From: an uncultured Planctomycetia bacterium
GTDB taxonomy: Bacteria; Omnitrophota; Gorgyraeia; 2-02-FULL-51-18
NCBI GenBank assembly: GCA_964642015.1
Contig: CAZXLF010000001.1
Coordinates: forward strand, 254,375 to 318,374
Length of the DNA: 64,000 bases
Direction: 5' to 3'
Part shown: in pieces, positions 10,165-20,619 of the stretch
How the letters are laid out: every line of letters begins with the position of its first letter
Numbering within the stretch: position 1 is the first letter of the stretch
Notes under the pieces: generated by a model
Database searches by the model: none
What the model saw: the letters and a program-made list of their open reading frames with translations, nothing else
Told to the model about the DNA's origin: nothing
Program-made: the position numbers and the translations under genes

Positions 10165-11156
10165 ATCCGAAGATCAGCGTTGTCATCCCGGTTTACAATG
10201 GCGAACGTTTTATCAAAAGGGCCGTTTGCAGCGTGCTGGGACAGGACTATAAAGCGCATGAGATCATTGTGATCGACGACGGTTCAGCCGATGGAACGTC
10301 CGCGATCTTAGAAGGTTTCAAAGACCGGGTCATCACCAAAAGGATCAAGAATGCCGGCGTTTCGAATGCAAGGAACGAAGGCATAAAACTTTCGACTGGA
10401 GATTATATTGCTTTTCTGGATGCGGATGATATCTGGTTCAGGCGTAAACTTAAGGCGCAAGTCGAGATGATGCAGAAATATCCCGAGATCGGGTTTTTTT
10501 GTTGTAATTATGTTCTGAGAGTTAAATACTTCGGCGATAGGCTGGTCAGGCATTTTTCAGGTCTGAAATATCAGAAGGACCTGAATTTCAACACACCGTC
10601 GGAAAAGCACCCTTTTCAGCTGCTTCTTCATGAACATTTTGTAGGCACTCCCTCAACCGTCGTTGTACGGCGAGATGTGATCGATAAGGTCGGGGGTTTT
10701 GATGTGCGGATCACGCATTGTGAAGATTACGATTTTTGGTTGCGATGCGCGACACAGACGAACTTTATTGTGATATCGGATGTCTTGCTTTATAAGAGAA
10801 AGCACGGACAGAATGCATCCAATGACATGATCCGATTGTACACTGCTTATAAAAAAGTGATCGTGGATACGATCGCCAATCACCGGGATTTTATTCAAGA
10901 GCACGTTTTTTGGCCATCCTGCCGTCGAGCGCTGGCCGAGATTACTTATTACTTAGGCGACCTCCATTTAGAAGCCGGGAAATATTCGGAGGCCTTTTCG
11001 TTGTATTTTAAAGGCTTTTTGGAAAAGAAAACGCCGTCCAATTTCTGTTTTTTTGTATGGCTTTCGTTTAAAAGATCGGTTCGAGCTTTGAAAGGAATGT
11101 TGACCAAAAATTCCTTACCTCAAACTTATCCGCTGAAGAATGGAGCGGTTCAATGA
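10161..11156 (+). CDS. glycosyltransferase family 2
   Basis: 'ISVVIPVYNGERFIKRAVCSVLGQDYKAHEIIVIDDGSADGT...FLDADDIW'. Paralog of 11153-12166 and 25488-26474. Confidence 0.8.
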   Translation: MNPKISVVIPVYNGERFIKRAVCSVLGQDYKAHEIIVIDDGSADGTSAILEGFKDRVITKRIKNAGVSNARNEGIKLSTGDYIAFLDADDIWFRRKLKAQVEMMQKYPEIGFFCCNYVLRVKYFGDRLVRHFSGLKYQKDLNFNTPSEKHPFQLLLHEHFVGTPSTVVVRRDVIDKVGGFDVRITHCEDYDFWLRCATQTNFIVISDVLLYKRKHGQNASNDMIRLYTAYKKVIVDTIANHRDFIQEHVFWPSCRRALAEITYYLGDLHLEAGKYSEAFSLYFKGFLEKKTPSNFCFFVWLSFKRSVRALKGMLTKNSLPQTYPLKNGAVQ

Positions 11157-12166
11157 ACAGCGCTTTGATAGATCCCAAGATCAGCGTGGTGATCCCGGTC
11201 TATAACGGCCAGACCTATATTCGGAAGACACTCGAGAGTGTGTTGGCTCAGGAATATCCAGCTCATGAGGTTATCGTGATCAACGACGGCTCTACGGACG
11301 GGACCCAAAGTGAACTTGATAGATTTGGAAGAAGAATAACCGTAAAGACCACGAGGAACGAAGGAGTTGCAGCCGCCAGAAATACCGGCATCGATCTGGC
11401 GACAGGAGAATATATTGCACTTCTGGATGCGGATGATATATGGTTCAAAATAAAATTAAAAAGTATCGTGGAGGCGATCAAGCGAAATCCTCAGGCAGGA
11501 TTTATTTGTTCTGACTATTTTGTGCGTCATCCTGAATTTGGCAACAAGATGCAGCGTCAATTCTGGATCCAACCCGGCATCGACCATTTTAATTTCGATG
11601 CACCTCTCAAGCGAAATCCTTTTGAAATGCTGCTTTTGTACGGCAATTTCGTCGGCACGCCGTCAGCCGTAGTTTTTAAAAAGGCGATCGCCAAAGAGTT
11701 CGGTTATTTTAAATCGCTCTTCAAGATCGTGGAAGATCTCTATTTTTTTCTTGGAATGGCGATGCGGACGTCTTACTTGATCATTGGCGAGCCGTTGTTC
11801 TACAAAAGAACGCATCATATGAACATGTCGAACGACAAGCTGAACACATACCTTGGTCATCGGGGAGTGCTTCAGTCGATCTTTGTCACCGAGAAGGCTT
11901 ATATAGAACGGCATCATCTGCAGCCGTCTTTCGGTGTGGCTTTGGCGAACATCAATTATGCCATTGGGAATATGTATTATGAATTCGGCGATAGGAACAG
12001 AGCTTTTGAGGCGTATCGTGAAGCACTTCGCAGCAGCGCGACACCAAAGAATATCCTGGATTATCTGTGGATCGTCTCCAAAAAATCGCTCAGGTCCGCG
12101 AGTCATAATAAAATAAGCCGAAGAAACTTTGGGTGGGATCGATTGAAAATGAAGCATAAGGCCTGA
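11153..12166 (+). CDS. glycosyltransferase family 2
   Basis: 'ISVVIPVYNGQTYIRKTLESVLAQEYPAHEVIVINDGSTDGT...LLDADDIW'. Confidence 0.8.
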   Translation: MNSALIDPKISVVIPVYNGQTYIRKTLESVLAQEYPAHEVIVINDGSTDGTQSELDRFGRRITVKTTRNEGVAAARNTGIDLATGEYIALLDADDIWFKIKLKSIVEAIKRNPQAGFICSDYFVRHPEFGNKMQRQFWIQPGIDHFNFDAPLKRNPFEMLLLYGNFVGTPSAVVFKKAIAKEFGYFKSLFKIVEDLYFFLGMAMRTSYLIIGEPLFYKRTHHMNMSNDKLNTYLGHRGVLQSIFVTEKAYIERHHLQPSFGVALANINYAIGNMYYEFGDRNRAFEAYREALRSSATPKNILDYLWIVSKKSLRSASHNKISRRNFGWDRLKMKHKA

Positions 12167-12182
12167 CCCGGAAAAGGTATCC

Positions 12183-13436
12183 ATGAAGAACGAGCGTATC
12201 GAGCTGAAAGAGCTTCGTGTAGAAGGAAATAAGATCATTTATGCTTTTGAGTCGACACTTCCTTTTTTTAAAAAGAAGAGCTTTTTTGTGGAATATGAAA
12301 AGGATATTGCGGCGCCCGAATCTATTGCCGTGATACCATTCGCGGCGGTCATGTCTCCGATCTCGTGGGCCACAGGCGCTGATCTTATATTGCCTTCATT
12401 GGACAGAAAGTATGCCGGATCGCTCGAACACGGGGAACAATATTTCAAACGCTGGCTTGCTCAACGATGGCCTTTCGATGGGAAATTGAAGGCTCCGCTT
12501 GCCGATAATCGTGCCGAAACATCCAAAAGCGGAGTGCTTTTTAGCGGAGGCCTGGATTCTTTAACGACTTATGTCCGCTATAAGAATGAAAGGCCGGACC
12601 TCTTCATCATTTTTGGGGCGGATATCCCGATAATGAATGCGCGCTTCATCCAGCTGTGCAAGGATACTTACAGTAAATTTGCCGAGGAACAGAATGTGCG
12701 CATGAATTGTGTATATACAGATGTGAGACAGACGTATCACGATAAAGACCTTAGAAGATATTCGTTCAACTGGTACGGACAGGTCGCTCACGGAATGATG
12801 CTGACATCGATGGTGGCGCCTCTGGCTTATAAGGACCTAAAGACGCTTTATATCGCCAGTTCTCACACGACGGCTGCCGGCATCCAACCATGGGGCAGCG
12901 ATAAGCCGCTTGATGATGGTATTGCCTGGGTGAATACCGGTGTGATCCACGACAATGAAGACAGGAACAGATTCCAGAAGATCGCTTTTGATCTTAAAGG
13001 TCATCACGACGTTTATAAATACCTGCGCGTATGCTGGTCGCAGTTCCAGGAATTCAATTGCAGTCATTGCGAGAAATGCATGCGGACCATATCGGATCTT
13101 TTGCTGAATGACATCGACCCCAGCCTTTGTAATTTCCGAGTCTCCAAAGGCACTTTCGTCAGGCTCAAAGAGATCTTTTCAAAACGTTACAAGTTTTACG
13201 GTTATTTCCAGGGACGAGAAGGGGTCATGGACTACTGGCGCGAAATGCGCAGATCGATCGACGTCAGCAAGATCAATGATCGGTACGGCTCGAAAGAATT
13301 TTTTGAGTGGTTCCGGCATTTTGATGACATAGACCGCAAGCAAAACAAAGTTTTGGTATTCATCTTTCTTCGGCTGGCGAGACTGAAGCAGCGATTTTTC
13401 AAGAGTCAGAACAGCGGAGTATTGGCAAAGCCATGA
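12183..13436 (+). CDS. PP-loop ATP-pyrophosphatase superfamily protein, possibly an N-acetyl-sugar amidotransferase (WbpG/WbuX-like)
   Basis: PP-loop signature 'SGGLDSLTT' (SGGxDS) and a C-terminal Cys cluster 'CSHCEKC'. Its position inside a glycan locus matches the family of LPS N-acetyl sugar amidotransferases. Confidence 0.5.
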   Translation: MKNERIELKELRVEGNKIIYAFESTLPFFKKKSFFVEYEKDIAAPESIAVIPFAAVMSPISWATGADLILPSLDRKYAGSLEHGEQYFKRWLAQRWPFDGKLKAPLADNRAETSKSGVLFSGGLDSLTTYVRYKNERPDLFIIFGADIPIMNARFIQLCKDTYSKFAEEQNVRMNCVYTDVRQTYHDKDLRRYSFNWYGQVAHGMMLTSMVAPLAYKDLKTLYIASSHTTAAGIQPWGSDKPLDDGIAWVNTGVIHDNEDRNRFQKIAFDLKGHHDVYKYLRVCWSQFQEFNCSHCEKCMRTISDLLLNDIDPSLCNFRVSKGTFVRLKEIFSKRYKFYGYFQGREGVMDYWREMRRSIDVSKINDRYGSKEFFEWFRHFDDIDRKQNKVLVFIFLRLARLKQRFFKSQNSGVLAKP

Positions 13437-14734
13437 ACCAAGAACGGCCTTTATTCATTTTAGCGGGCAACGGGCCTTATGAGAATCGGGGATGCGAGGC
13501 GATTATTCGAGGGACCGTAAACGTGATCCGCCGGCAATATAAGGATCCTCAATTTGTCGTTTGCAGTCAGTTTAAGAATAAAGAAGGCCTCGTCAGGCAG
13601 CAGCGCTCCGAAGAAGATACCGCTATCCGCCATGTACGGATGCGTTTATTACCGTCGGCTCCTGCAGGAATCATCTTTGGCAGTTTTCTGAACAAGGTTT
13701 TATGGAAGATCTATTCCCTGGCGCCTGGGCCAAGGAGAGAATATGTTTATCAGGAGATAGCGCCTTTTATGGATCGTGCCGAAGCTGTTTTATCGGTCGG
13801 CGGCGACAATTATACCTCGGATTATAGTACGATCGGTTATTTCATCGACCTGGACGATTATGCCTTGAGCCGAAAAAAGAAATTGATCATCTGGGGGGCC
13901 TCGATCGGGCCGTTCTCAAAAGACTCCGACCGGGAATCGTCGATGGCAGAACATTTAAAGAAGCAAACGGCGTTATTTGTGCGTGAAAGTGTGTCACTCG
14001 AATACTTATCGACAATAGGTGTCAGGCACAATGTTTTTCGATGTATTGATCCTGCTTTCACGATGACCGCCAAAGAACCCAGGGACGCGTTTCAGTACGG
14101 CGAACTCGCGTCTTCTGTCGGGGTCAACTTAAGTCCGCTGATGTCCAGGTTCGTCTGCGCGGGAGATGATGCTCAATGGCTTGCATTGGCCTCAGATACT
14201 GTGCGGTCTATTTACGAAGCGTCTCATCGCCCGATCCTGCTTATCCCTCATGTATTCGAAGAAGGGAACGATGATCTATCGTTTTTGGATCAGATCTGTA
14301 AGCAGGTAAATTTGCCTGACGTTAAAGTTTTGTCCGGAGATCATGATGCTGCGGAGACTAAATGGTTCATTTCAAATTGTTCCGTTTTTGTGGGTGCCAG
14401 GACTCATTCCGCGATCGCGGCGTATTCAACCAATGTTCCCGCACTGACATTGAGTTACAGCGCGAAGGCAAAAGGTCTTAATGAAGATATTTATGGCGAT
14501 CCAAGTTTTTGTATCCCTGCGTCCGAGTATTCGGCGGATAAAGTGACAACCAAGATTATGGAGTTGATCAACAAGCGGCAGCAGATCTGTGATTCTTTAA
14601 AGGATAAGATCAATAGAATGGTGCATCAAGCCTATGAAAGCGGGCGGACCCTTAAGGAGATCTGTGAAGGACAGATAGAAGACCTTAGTATTCAAGATGC
14701 CGGATCCCGAGTTCATAGTGAGGTTTTATCATGA
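13433..14734 (+). CDS. polysaccharide pyruvyl transferase (WcaK/AmsJ/CsaB family)
   Basis: 'LFILAGNGPYENRGCEAIIRG' and 'VGARTHSAIAAYSTNVPALTLSYSAKAKG' closely match the conserved N- and C-terminal blocks of WcaK-type pyruvyl transferases. Confidence 0.8.
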   Translation: MNQERPLFILAGNGPYENRGCEAIIRGTVNVIRRQYKDPQFVVCSQFKNKEGLVRQQRSEEDTAIRHVRMRLLPSAPAGIIFGSFLNKVLWKIYSLAPGPRREYVYQEIAPFMDRAEAVLSVGGDNYTSDYSTIGYFIDLDDYALSRKKKLIIWGASIGPFSKDSDRESSMAEHLKKQTALFVRESVSLEYLSTIGVRHNVFRCIDPAFTMTAKEPRDAFQYGELASSVGVNLSPLMSRFVCAGDDAQWLALASDTVRSIYEASHRPILLIPHVFEEGNDDLSFLDQICKQVNLPDVKVLSGDHDAAETKWFISNCSVFVGARTHSAIAAYSTNVPALTLSYSAKAKGLNEDIYGDPSFCIPASEYSADKVTTKIMELINKRQQICDSLKDKINRMVHQAYESGRTLKEICEGQIEDLSIQDAGSRVHSEVLS

Positions 14735-15660
14735 AGATCAGCGTGATAATCCCGACCATGAATCGGCCACAGGATGTCCACGTCGTGTTGGAATCTATCG
14801 CAAAACAGACGCGCATACCCGAAGAAGTGCTTGTGATCGACCAGAGCATCGATGACAAGACAAAGAGTGAGGTGGATTCGATACAGAAAAGATTTCCCAA
14901 GCTCGCATCGGTCGTGCGTCATTATGTTCAGGAAGAGAAGAGTCTGGTGAAGGCGCGTAACCGCGGTCTTTCACTGGCCAAAGGGGAACTGATCAGTTTT
15001 TTGGACGATGATTCCGAAGTTTTTCCGGATTATTATCAACATATCGAGGCGTTCTTTGAAGCGGAGCCGCTGGTCGGCGGATTAAGCGGCAACACGATCC
15101 CTAAGGAGAAATTCGAGGGATTAGGTTGGCGCTTGAGACAGACGCTGATGCAGTTTTTTTTGTTAAGCGACTGGAACGGTCATATGACGGCATCCGGTTT
15201 TGGCCACCCGATCTATGAAAGGGAGATCGATCGCACAGTTTCCGTGGATCTTTTGCCCGGGTGCAATATGAATTTCCGCTCTGAATGCATTCAAGGCGAG
15301 AAATTCGATGAATGGTTCAGCGGTTATAGTTTTAGAGAAGACGTCGACTTTTGTTATAGAATATCCAGAAAAACGTTTCTTAAGATGATCCCCGATGCGA
15401 AGCTGTACCATCATTATTCGACAGGTAACCGGATGAATATCGGCAAGCTCCGGAAAATGGAGATGCGTAACAATCATTATCTGTTCAAAAAATACAAATA
15501 TAAAAATATGTTCTCCAACCTCCTTTTTTGTTACTCGCTATGCGGCTCTATTAGTATTGACCTGATCGAGTTCTTGACCAGCTGGGATAAGTTAAAATTC
15601 GACAAGCTTTGCGGAGGAGTATCGGCTTCATTTGATATCTTGAGGAAACCGGCATCATGA
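14731..15660 (+). CDS. glycosyltransferase family 2
   Basis: '[26 protein letters not shown]...[10 protein letters not shown]...FLDDDS'. Confidence 0.75.
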   Translation: MKISVIIPTMNRPQDVHVVLESIAKQTRIPEEVLVIDQSIDDKTKSEVDSIQKRFPKLASVVRHYVQEEKSLVKARNRGLSLAKGELISFLDDDSEVFPDYYQHIEAFFEAEPLVGGLSGNTIPKEKFEGLGWRLRQTLMQFFLLSDWNGHMTASGFGHPIYEREIDRTVSVDLLPGCNMNFRSECIQGEKFDEWFSGYSFREDVDFCYRISRKTFLKMIPDAKLYHHYSTGNRMNIGKLRKMEMRNNHYLFKKYKYKNMFSNLLFCYSLCGSISIDLIEFLTSWDKLKFDKLCGGVSASFDILRKPAS

Positions 15661-16196
15661 GAAAAACAGAGCGCATCTTTTCAAGAATGCATTTTAATTT
15701 CTTACGAGCGTTTTGTGGATCGGGCAAAATAAAAACGTCGGGAAAGAATTATCTGTCCTGTGGGAAGGTGTGGATCGCGGGCGGAAGCCAATGGCATCTT
15801 GGTTCGGATAATGTGATCGAACGCGGAGTGGATATTGACTTGTCCGGCGGCAAGCTGATCATGGGATCCCATAATTATTTTAATCAAAACGTGAAGATCG
15901 CATCTTTGGGTGAAGTCAAGATCGGCAATGATTGTCTTCTTGCTGATTCCGTACAGATCTATGATCACAGCCACCGTTTTGATGACAATCAAAAGCTTAT
16001 CCGCGAGCAGGGACATGAAGTGAAGCCTGTGGCGATAGGCGATAACGTTTGGATCGGCGCAAGGTCTATTATCCTTTCGGGTGTTCATATAGGAAGTAAT
16101 TCCGTGATCGGGGCGGGTTCGGTGGTAACCAAAGACATTCCCGCCAATGCCATCGCAGCCGGAGTGCCCGCCAAAGTCATCCGGATGCGGACATAA
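15657..16196 (+). CDS. hexapeptide-repeat (LbH) O-acetyltransferase
   Basis: Left-handed beta-helix hexapeptide repeats '[46 protein letters not shown]'. Confidence 0.8.
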   Translation: MRKTERIFSRMHFNFLRAFCGSGKIKTSGKNYLSCGKVWIAGGSQWHLGSDNVIERGVDIDLSGGKLIMGSHNYFNQNVKIASLGEVKIGNDCLLADSVQIYDHSHRFDDNQKLIREQGHEVKPVAIGDNVWIGARSIILSGVHIGSNSVIGAGSVVTKDIPANAIAAGVPAKVIRMRT

Positions 16197-16205
16197 GCGA
16201 CCGGT

Positions 16206-17171
16206 ATGTCTGAAAATACGCGCAAACCAACGCCCGTCTCGGTGATCGTCCTGAATTATAACCGGCGCTCAGAATTGAAAGATACTTTGAAAGATATTCT
16301 GGCGCAGGACTATCCGTCGCTCGAAGTGATCGTAGCTGATAACGCTTCGACGGACGGTTCGCGGGAAATGGTCCAAAAAGAATTTCCATCTGTCAAACTC
16401 GTAACATTTGCGGAAAATATAGGCACGCACGCGCGTCGTGTCGCGGCCGAAAGAGCCGCCGGGGATTATGTCGTCATGTACGATGATGACAGCGGCCCTT
16501 CAACGCCCACCACTATCCGCGGCATCGCAGATTTTTTTGACCGAAGATCCGAAGCCTCAGTGGTCTGCACCGCGATCTACCGCACGCGCTCCGGTTATTT
16601 TGAAACGTGGAATTGGGAATCTTTCGCGGTCGGTGGCGACGCCGAAAACGGTTTTGAGGGTCTTTTTCTTCACGGCTCAGGGACTGCATATCGCCGCGAG
16701 CATCTTCTCAAGACCAGCGCTTTTGACAATGACCTTTTCTGGGGTGACGAAGAATTTGACGCGGCGCTCAACCTGATCGCGCACGGATTCCGCATCTTTT
16801 ATTTTCCGCGTGTCGTGACCAATCACCGCGCTTCATTCACCAACCGCAATAAAGCGAGGTTTTACAGGGTGGTGCCAAGGAATCACCTGGTGACTTTTTT
16901 TAAATATTTTGACACGACTCAAGCGCTCGGATTTTTTTTCAAAGAGATCTTTTATATGTCGCTTCTGGCACGTACTTATTTTCCCTATGTGCTTTTAGGA
17001 GTGTTCGATGCTTTACAACGCTTAGCAAGAACAAAAGGCGAGCGTGTGAGGATCCCTGAAGAGTTCAGACCTTATCTGCGCGAAGTCCGTGAACATCGTT
17101 ATCCCGGTTTATTTGCCTGGTATCGTCAGCAGCAGGCGCTTAGAAAATACCGCAAGATGAAAGATTATTAA
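16206..17171 (+). CDS. glycosyltransferase family 2
   Basis: 'VSVIVLNYNRRSELKDTLKDILAQDYPSLEVIVADNASTDGS'. Confidence 0.75.
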   Translation: MSENTRKPTPVSVIVLNYNRRSELKDTLKDILAQDYPSLEVIVADNASTDGSREMVQKEFPSVKLVTFAENIGTHARRVAAERAAGDYVVMYDDDSGPSTPTTIRGIADFFDRRSEASVVCTAIYRTRSGYFETWNWESFAVGGDAENGFEGLFLHGSGTAYRREHLLKTSAFDNDLFWGDEEFDAALNLIAHGFRIFYFPRVVTNHRASFTNRNKARFYRVVPRNHLVTFFKYFDTTQALGFFFKEIFYMSLLARTYFPYVLLGVFDALQRLARTKGERVRIPEEFRPYLREVREHRYPGLFAWYRQQQALRKYRKMKDY

Positions 17172-17172
17172 G

Positions 17173-18321
17173 ATGAAGCAAAAGATACTGCATGTGATCA
17201 AAACTCTTGAGCTTGGCGGCGCGGAAACGAACCTTTGCAATCTGCTTCAGGCGTTCGATCCGGCCAAATTCGAACATCATGTGGCTTATTCATTCGGCGG
17301 TGAGATCGAAGAAAATTTGAAGAAAATTCCGCATGTGAAGCTTTATAAATACAGCCGGGGCAAACACAAGATCGCGAGTCTTCATACTTTATTTATCATC
17401 GCGCGGCTCCGGTCTTATATGAAACGTGAGCATATTTCTGTTGTCCATACGCATAATTTTAACGCACATTTTTGGGCAGTTTATGCCGCTAAGCTTGCCG
17501 GCGTCAAAGTTGTCGAGCATGTGCATGATTTTCGATATTTTGAAATTAAGGAATTAGAAAAACGCCGAGGCGTCGCGAATTTGAACCGGCATATAGGAAA
17601 ATTCAAAGGGTTATCGGATATCGTGGTGGTGCTGACCGAACAGAATAGAGAATTTCTGGTCAAAAACGGATTTTACAAGCAAAATAAGGTGAGAATTATC
17701 CCGAATGGGATCTCTTTGCGAAACAACGTCCGCTCTGACAGGAAAGAAGTAATGTCAGAATTTAAGATAGACGAACATTCTCTTTTGGTTTTGACGGCTT
17801 CCAGGATGGCGCCGACCAAAAATATCGAATTGGTCGTACGCATTGCGCCCGAGGTGCTGCGCCAAGTTCCTGACGCGGTGTTTTTGATCGCCGGAAACGG
17901 GGAACTTCTGGACTCTTTAAAGAAAGAAGCCGCCGAAAAAAATGTGGCTGACCGCGTACGTTTCGTGGGTTTCCACGCGGATATTCATAGACTTCTCGGT
18001 GCATCAGACCTTTTTTTACTGCCGTCCTTCCTCGAGCTTCATTCGATATCGATCCTTGAAGCGATGAGTATGGGTGTTCCGTGCGTAGTCTCGTCCGGCG
18101 TGGGTTGCAATAACGAGACTTTCGATTCTTGGAAGAACGGCGTTCTAGCCGATCCGTACGACGCGCCCTCTTGGTCTAACGCGGTGGTAAAATTGCTGCA
18201 AGATGAAGCGCTGAGGAAGAATATGGGAAAGAGCGGCCTTGAGCTCTGCAAGGCAAGGTTCGATATCCGCAAGACTGCCGCGCAATTCGAAGCCCTTTAC
18301 GAGGAACTTTGCGTTGAATAG
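17173..18321 (+). CDS. glycosyltransferase family 4
   Basis: 'ILHVIKTLELGGAETNLCNLL' N-terminus; C-terminal 'LELHSISILEAMSMGVPCVVSSGVGCNNE'. Paralog of 45374-46513. Confidence 0.8.
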   Translation: MKQKILHVIKTLELGGAETNLCNLLQAFDPAKFEHHVAYSFGGEIEENLKKIPHVKLYKYSRGKHKIASLHTLFIIARLRSYMKREHISVVHTHNFNAHFWAVYAAKLAGVKVVEHVHDFRYFEIKELEKRRGVANLNRHIGKFKGLSDIVVVLTEQNREFLVKNGFYKQNKVRIIPNGISLRNNVRSDRKEVMSEFKIDEHSLLVLTASRMAPTKNIELVVRIAPEVLRQVPDAVFLIAGNGELLDSLKKEAAEKNVADRVRFVGFHADIHRLLGASDLFLLPSFLELHSISILEAMSMGVPCVVSSGVGCNNETFDSWKNGVLADPYDAPSWSNAVVKLLQDEALRKNMGKSGLELCKARFDIRKTAAQFEALYEELCVE

Positions 18322-19723
18322 GTTATTTTTGATCGTGTCATGTTTTGTTCTGGCATTCGGTACGGCGTTGGGGCTGCTTTATTTTTCTCCGATGCTGACA
18401 AAAAATGTGATGTTCGTTGCGCTGATACCGTTCGCGGCGCTGTATGTTTTGGTCATGTTCCTGGACGCCAAATGGATGATGCTGCTCCTGCTTTACACTC
18501 GGTCGCTGCTTGATCCGATCCTGAACATGACAAAGTTCGGCAGCGAGGGAGGCGGCGGCGCGGGAATGGGGGCCGTATTGAATCTTCTCGTCATAGCGCT
18601 TGTGGTCATTTTATTGTGCCGTTTCCCCGGGCAGATCACAGGTCACCGTGTATTCATTAGGACGTGGCTTTTTTTTCTTGGATTCTGTTTCTTGTCAGTG
18701 CTCTTGTCGCCGGACCGTATCAAATCGTTCAAGCTTTGGACCAATCTACTGACCTACCTTTGCATTGTGCTTATTCCGTTCATGATCGTTAAAAAACCGG
18801 AAGACAAAAAATTCTGGATCAAAACACTGCTTTATTCTTCTTATCTGCCGGTGGCCTTGGCTTATGTGGGTGTGGTGACCAAACATCCGTTCTTTTATGC
18901 GTTTGAGCGCCTTAAAGGCACGTTCACGCACTCAAATATTCTGGCTTTTTATCTGGCGCTTGTGATCGCGGTCGTTTTTTACATTCTGAAAACCAAACAA
19001 TTCGGACTATCCTTTGAAAAAAGAGCGCTTCTTTGGATCTATCAGCTGCTTTTACTGGTATTGCTCATCATCACGCAGACCAGAAGCGCCTGGATCTCGT
19101 GTGCGGGACTTTTTGTGATCTATTCGGTATTCAAGGAGCGCAAATATCTCTTCATACTGATGATCATCGGCCCGCTTATATTTTTGATCCCGCAAGTTCA
19201 ATCGCGTCTCAGCGATCTTTCCGAAGGTACGGGGACCAGAACGTATGAAAAGCTGAACTCAATGGCTTGGCGTCTCAAATTGTGGGAAAGCAGTCTTGAT
19301 TCGATCAAGCGCCGGCCTGTCAGCGGATACGGCCTCGGGACTTTCGAGCAGATGTCGGTGGATTTCTTTTCTTTGGAGAAAAAGACAGGCGCTCCGGCTC
19401 ACAATTCTTATTTGGAACTTTTATTCGAAACAGGGGTCATTGGTTTACTGAGTTATTTAGCCATCTACTGGGCGATACTCAAAGAGCTTTTTTCTAAAAT
19501 GAAAAGCAAGGTCCGCCTGCTTTCTGTGGAAGCGACGGTCGTTTTCGCGTATACGATCGGCTACATTCTTGTCGGATTATCGGATAACACGCTGTATTAT
19601 CTGGCGTTCAACTGGTATTTCTGGTTCTTCATCGGGCTCATTCTTCAGTCCTTTCTTCTGTCTGACCGAGAAAAGGAAGGTAATGCAGAGTCAAAAGCTC
19701 TACGTACCGCGAAAAAAGCATGA
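18314..19723 (+). CDS. Wzy-like O-antigen polymerase/ligase family membrane protein, copy 1
   Basis: Polytopic membrane protein with the conserved block 'IITQTRSAWISCAGLF' and 'HSNILAFYLALVIA'. Paralog of 46513-47850. Start uncertain: TTG 18314 in frame, or a downstream ATG. Confidence 0.65.
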   Translation: MNRLFLIVSCFVLAFGTALGLLYFSPMLTKNVMFVALIPFAALYVLVMFLDAKWMMLLLLYTRSLLDPILNMTKFGSEGGGGAGMGAVLNLLVIALVVILLCRFPGQITGHRVFIRTWLFFLGFCFLSVLLSPDRIKSFKLWTNLLTYLCIVLIPFMIVKKPEDKKFWIKTLLYSSYLPVALAYVGVVTKHPFFYAFERLKGTFTHSNILAFYLALVIAVVFYILKTKQFGLSFEKRALLWIYQLLLLVLLIITQTRSAWISCAGLFVIYSVFKERKYLFILMIIGPLIFLIPQVQSRLSDLSEGTGTRTYEKLNSMAWRLKLWESSLDSIKRRPVSGYGLGTFEQMSVDFFSLEKKTGAPAHNSYLELLFETGVIGLLSYLAIYWAILKELFSKMKSKVRLLSVEATVVFAYTIGYILVGLSDNTLYYLAFNWYFWFFIGLILQSFLLSDREKEGNAESKALRTAKKA

Positions 19724-20619
19724 ACAAGATCTCGGTCGTGATCCCTTCATACAATTCATTTCTGACGATACGTTACACCATCGACGCGCTTTTGGGGCAG
19801 GAAAAAGAGCTGTTGGAAGAAATCATTGTGGTTGATTCGTCGGATGACCAGAAGACGCGCGACCTTTTATCGTGTTATGACAACCCAAAGTTGAAAACCA
19901 TTCTTCTGCCAAAAAAAACGGTTCCTGCGATAGGAAGAAATATTGGCGCGGAGAAGGCGAGGGCGCGTGTTATCGCGTTCATTGATTCGGACGCGTATCC
20001 CGCCGATGATTGGCTTAACAAGATATCCGAAGCGGCCGATGAGGGCGTTTTGGTCGGCGGAGGCTCGATCGCGCTTCCGACCTTTCAAAGGTGGTCGCTG
20101 ATAGCGGGTGCGCAGTATCTGCTGCAGTTCAATGAATTCATCGATCATGGTGAAAAAAGGCAGAAATCGTTTGTGCCGTCCTGTAATCTTTTCTGTGAAA
20201 AAGCGCTGTTTCAGAGTATCGGAGGCTTTCCGGATATCCGCGCCTCGGAAGACGTGCTGTTCGGGTTCAAGGCCGGCGAGAAAACCAAATTGTATTTCAT
20301 CCCGGACATAAAGGTGTATCATATATTCCGGAAGGAATTCGGGGGCTATCTCAGGAATCAAGAGTTGCTTGGGCGGTACATCCTGATATACCGCCGTCAG
20401 CGTTCTGATAGCTGGATATATAAAGGTTTGGCCGCGGCGGCCTTTTTACCTGCGTTCTTGGTGATCAAATTTTTGAGGATCAGCCAAAGAGTGTTGACCA
20501 GCTTCAATATGGAACTTTATACGCTTTTTGTTGTTTCGTTGCCGTTATTCCTTTTAGGACTTTGTTCGTGGGCGTGGGGGTTTTTTCAAGGCAGTATTTC
20601 TAAGGAAGAGCCGGTATGA
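19720..20619 (+). CDS. glycosyltransferase family 2 with C-terminal TM segments
   Basis: 'ISVVIPSYNSFLTIRYTIDALLGQ...IIVVDSSDD...FIDSDAY'. Confidence 0.7.
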   Translation: MNKISVVIPSYNSFLTIRYTIDALLGQEKELLEEIIVVDSSDDQKTRDLLSCYDNPKLKTILLPKKTVPAIGRNIGAEKARARVIAFIDSDAYPADDWLNKISEAADEGVLVGGGSIALPTFQRWSLIAGAQYLLQFNEFIDHGEKRQKSFVPSCNLFCEKALFQSIGGFPDIRASEDVLFGFKAGEKTKLYFIPDIKVYHIFRKEFGGYLRNQELLGRYILIYRRQRSDSWIYKGLAAAAFLPAFLVIKFLRISQRVLTSFNMELYTLFVVSLPLFLLGLCSWAWGFFQGSISKEEPV

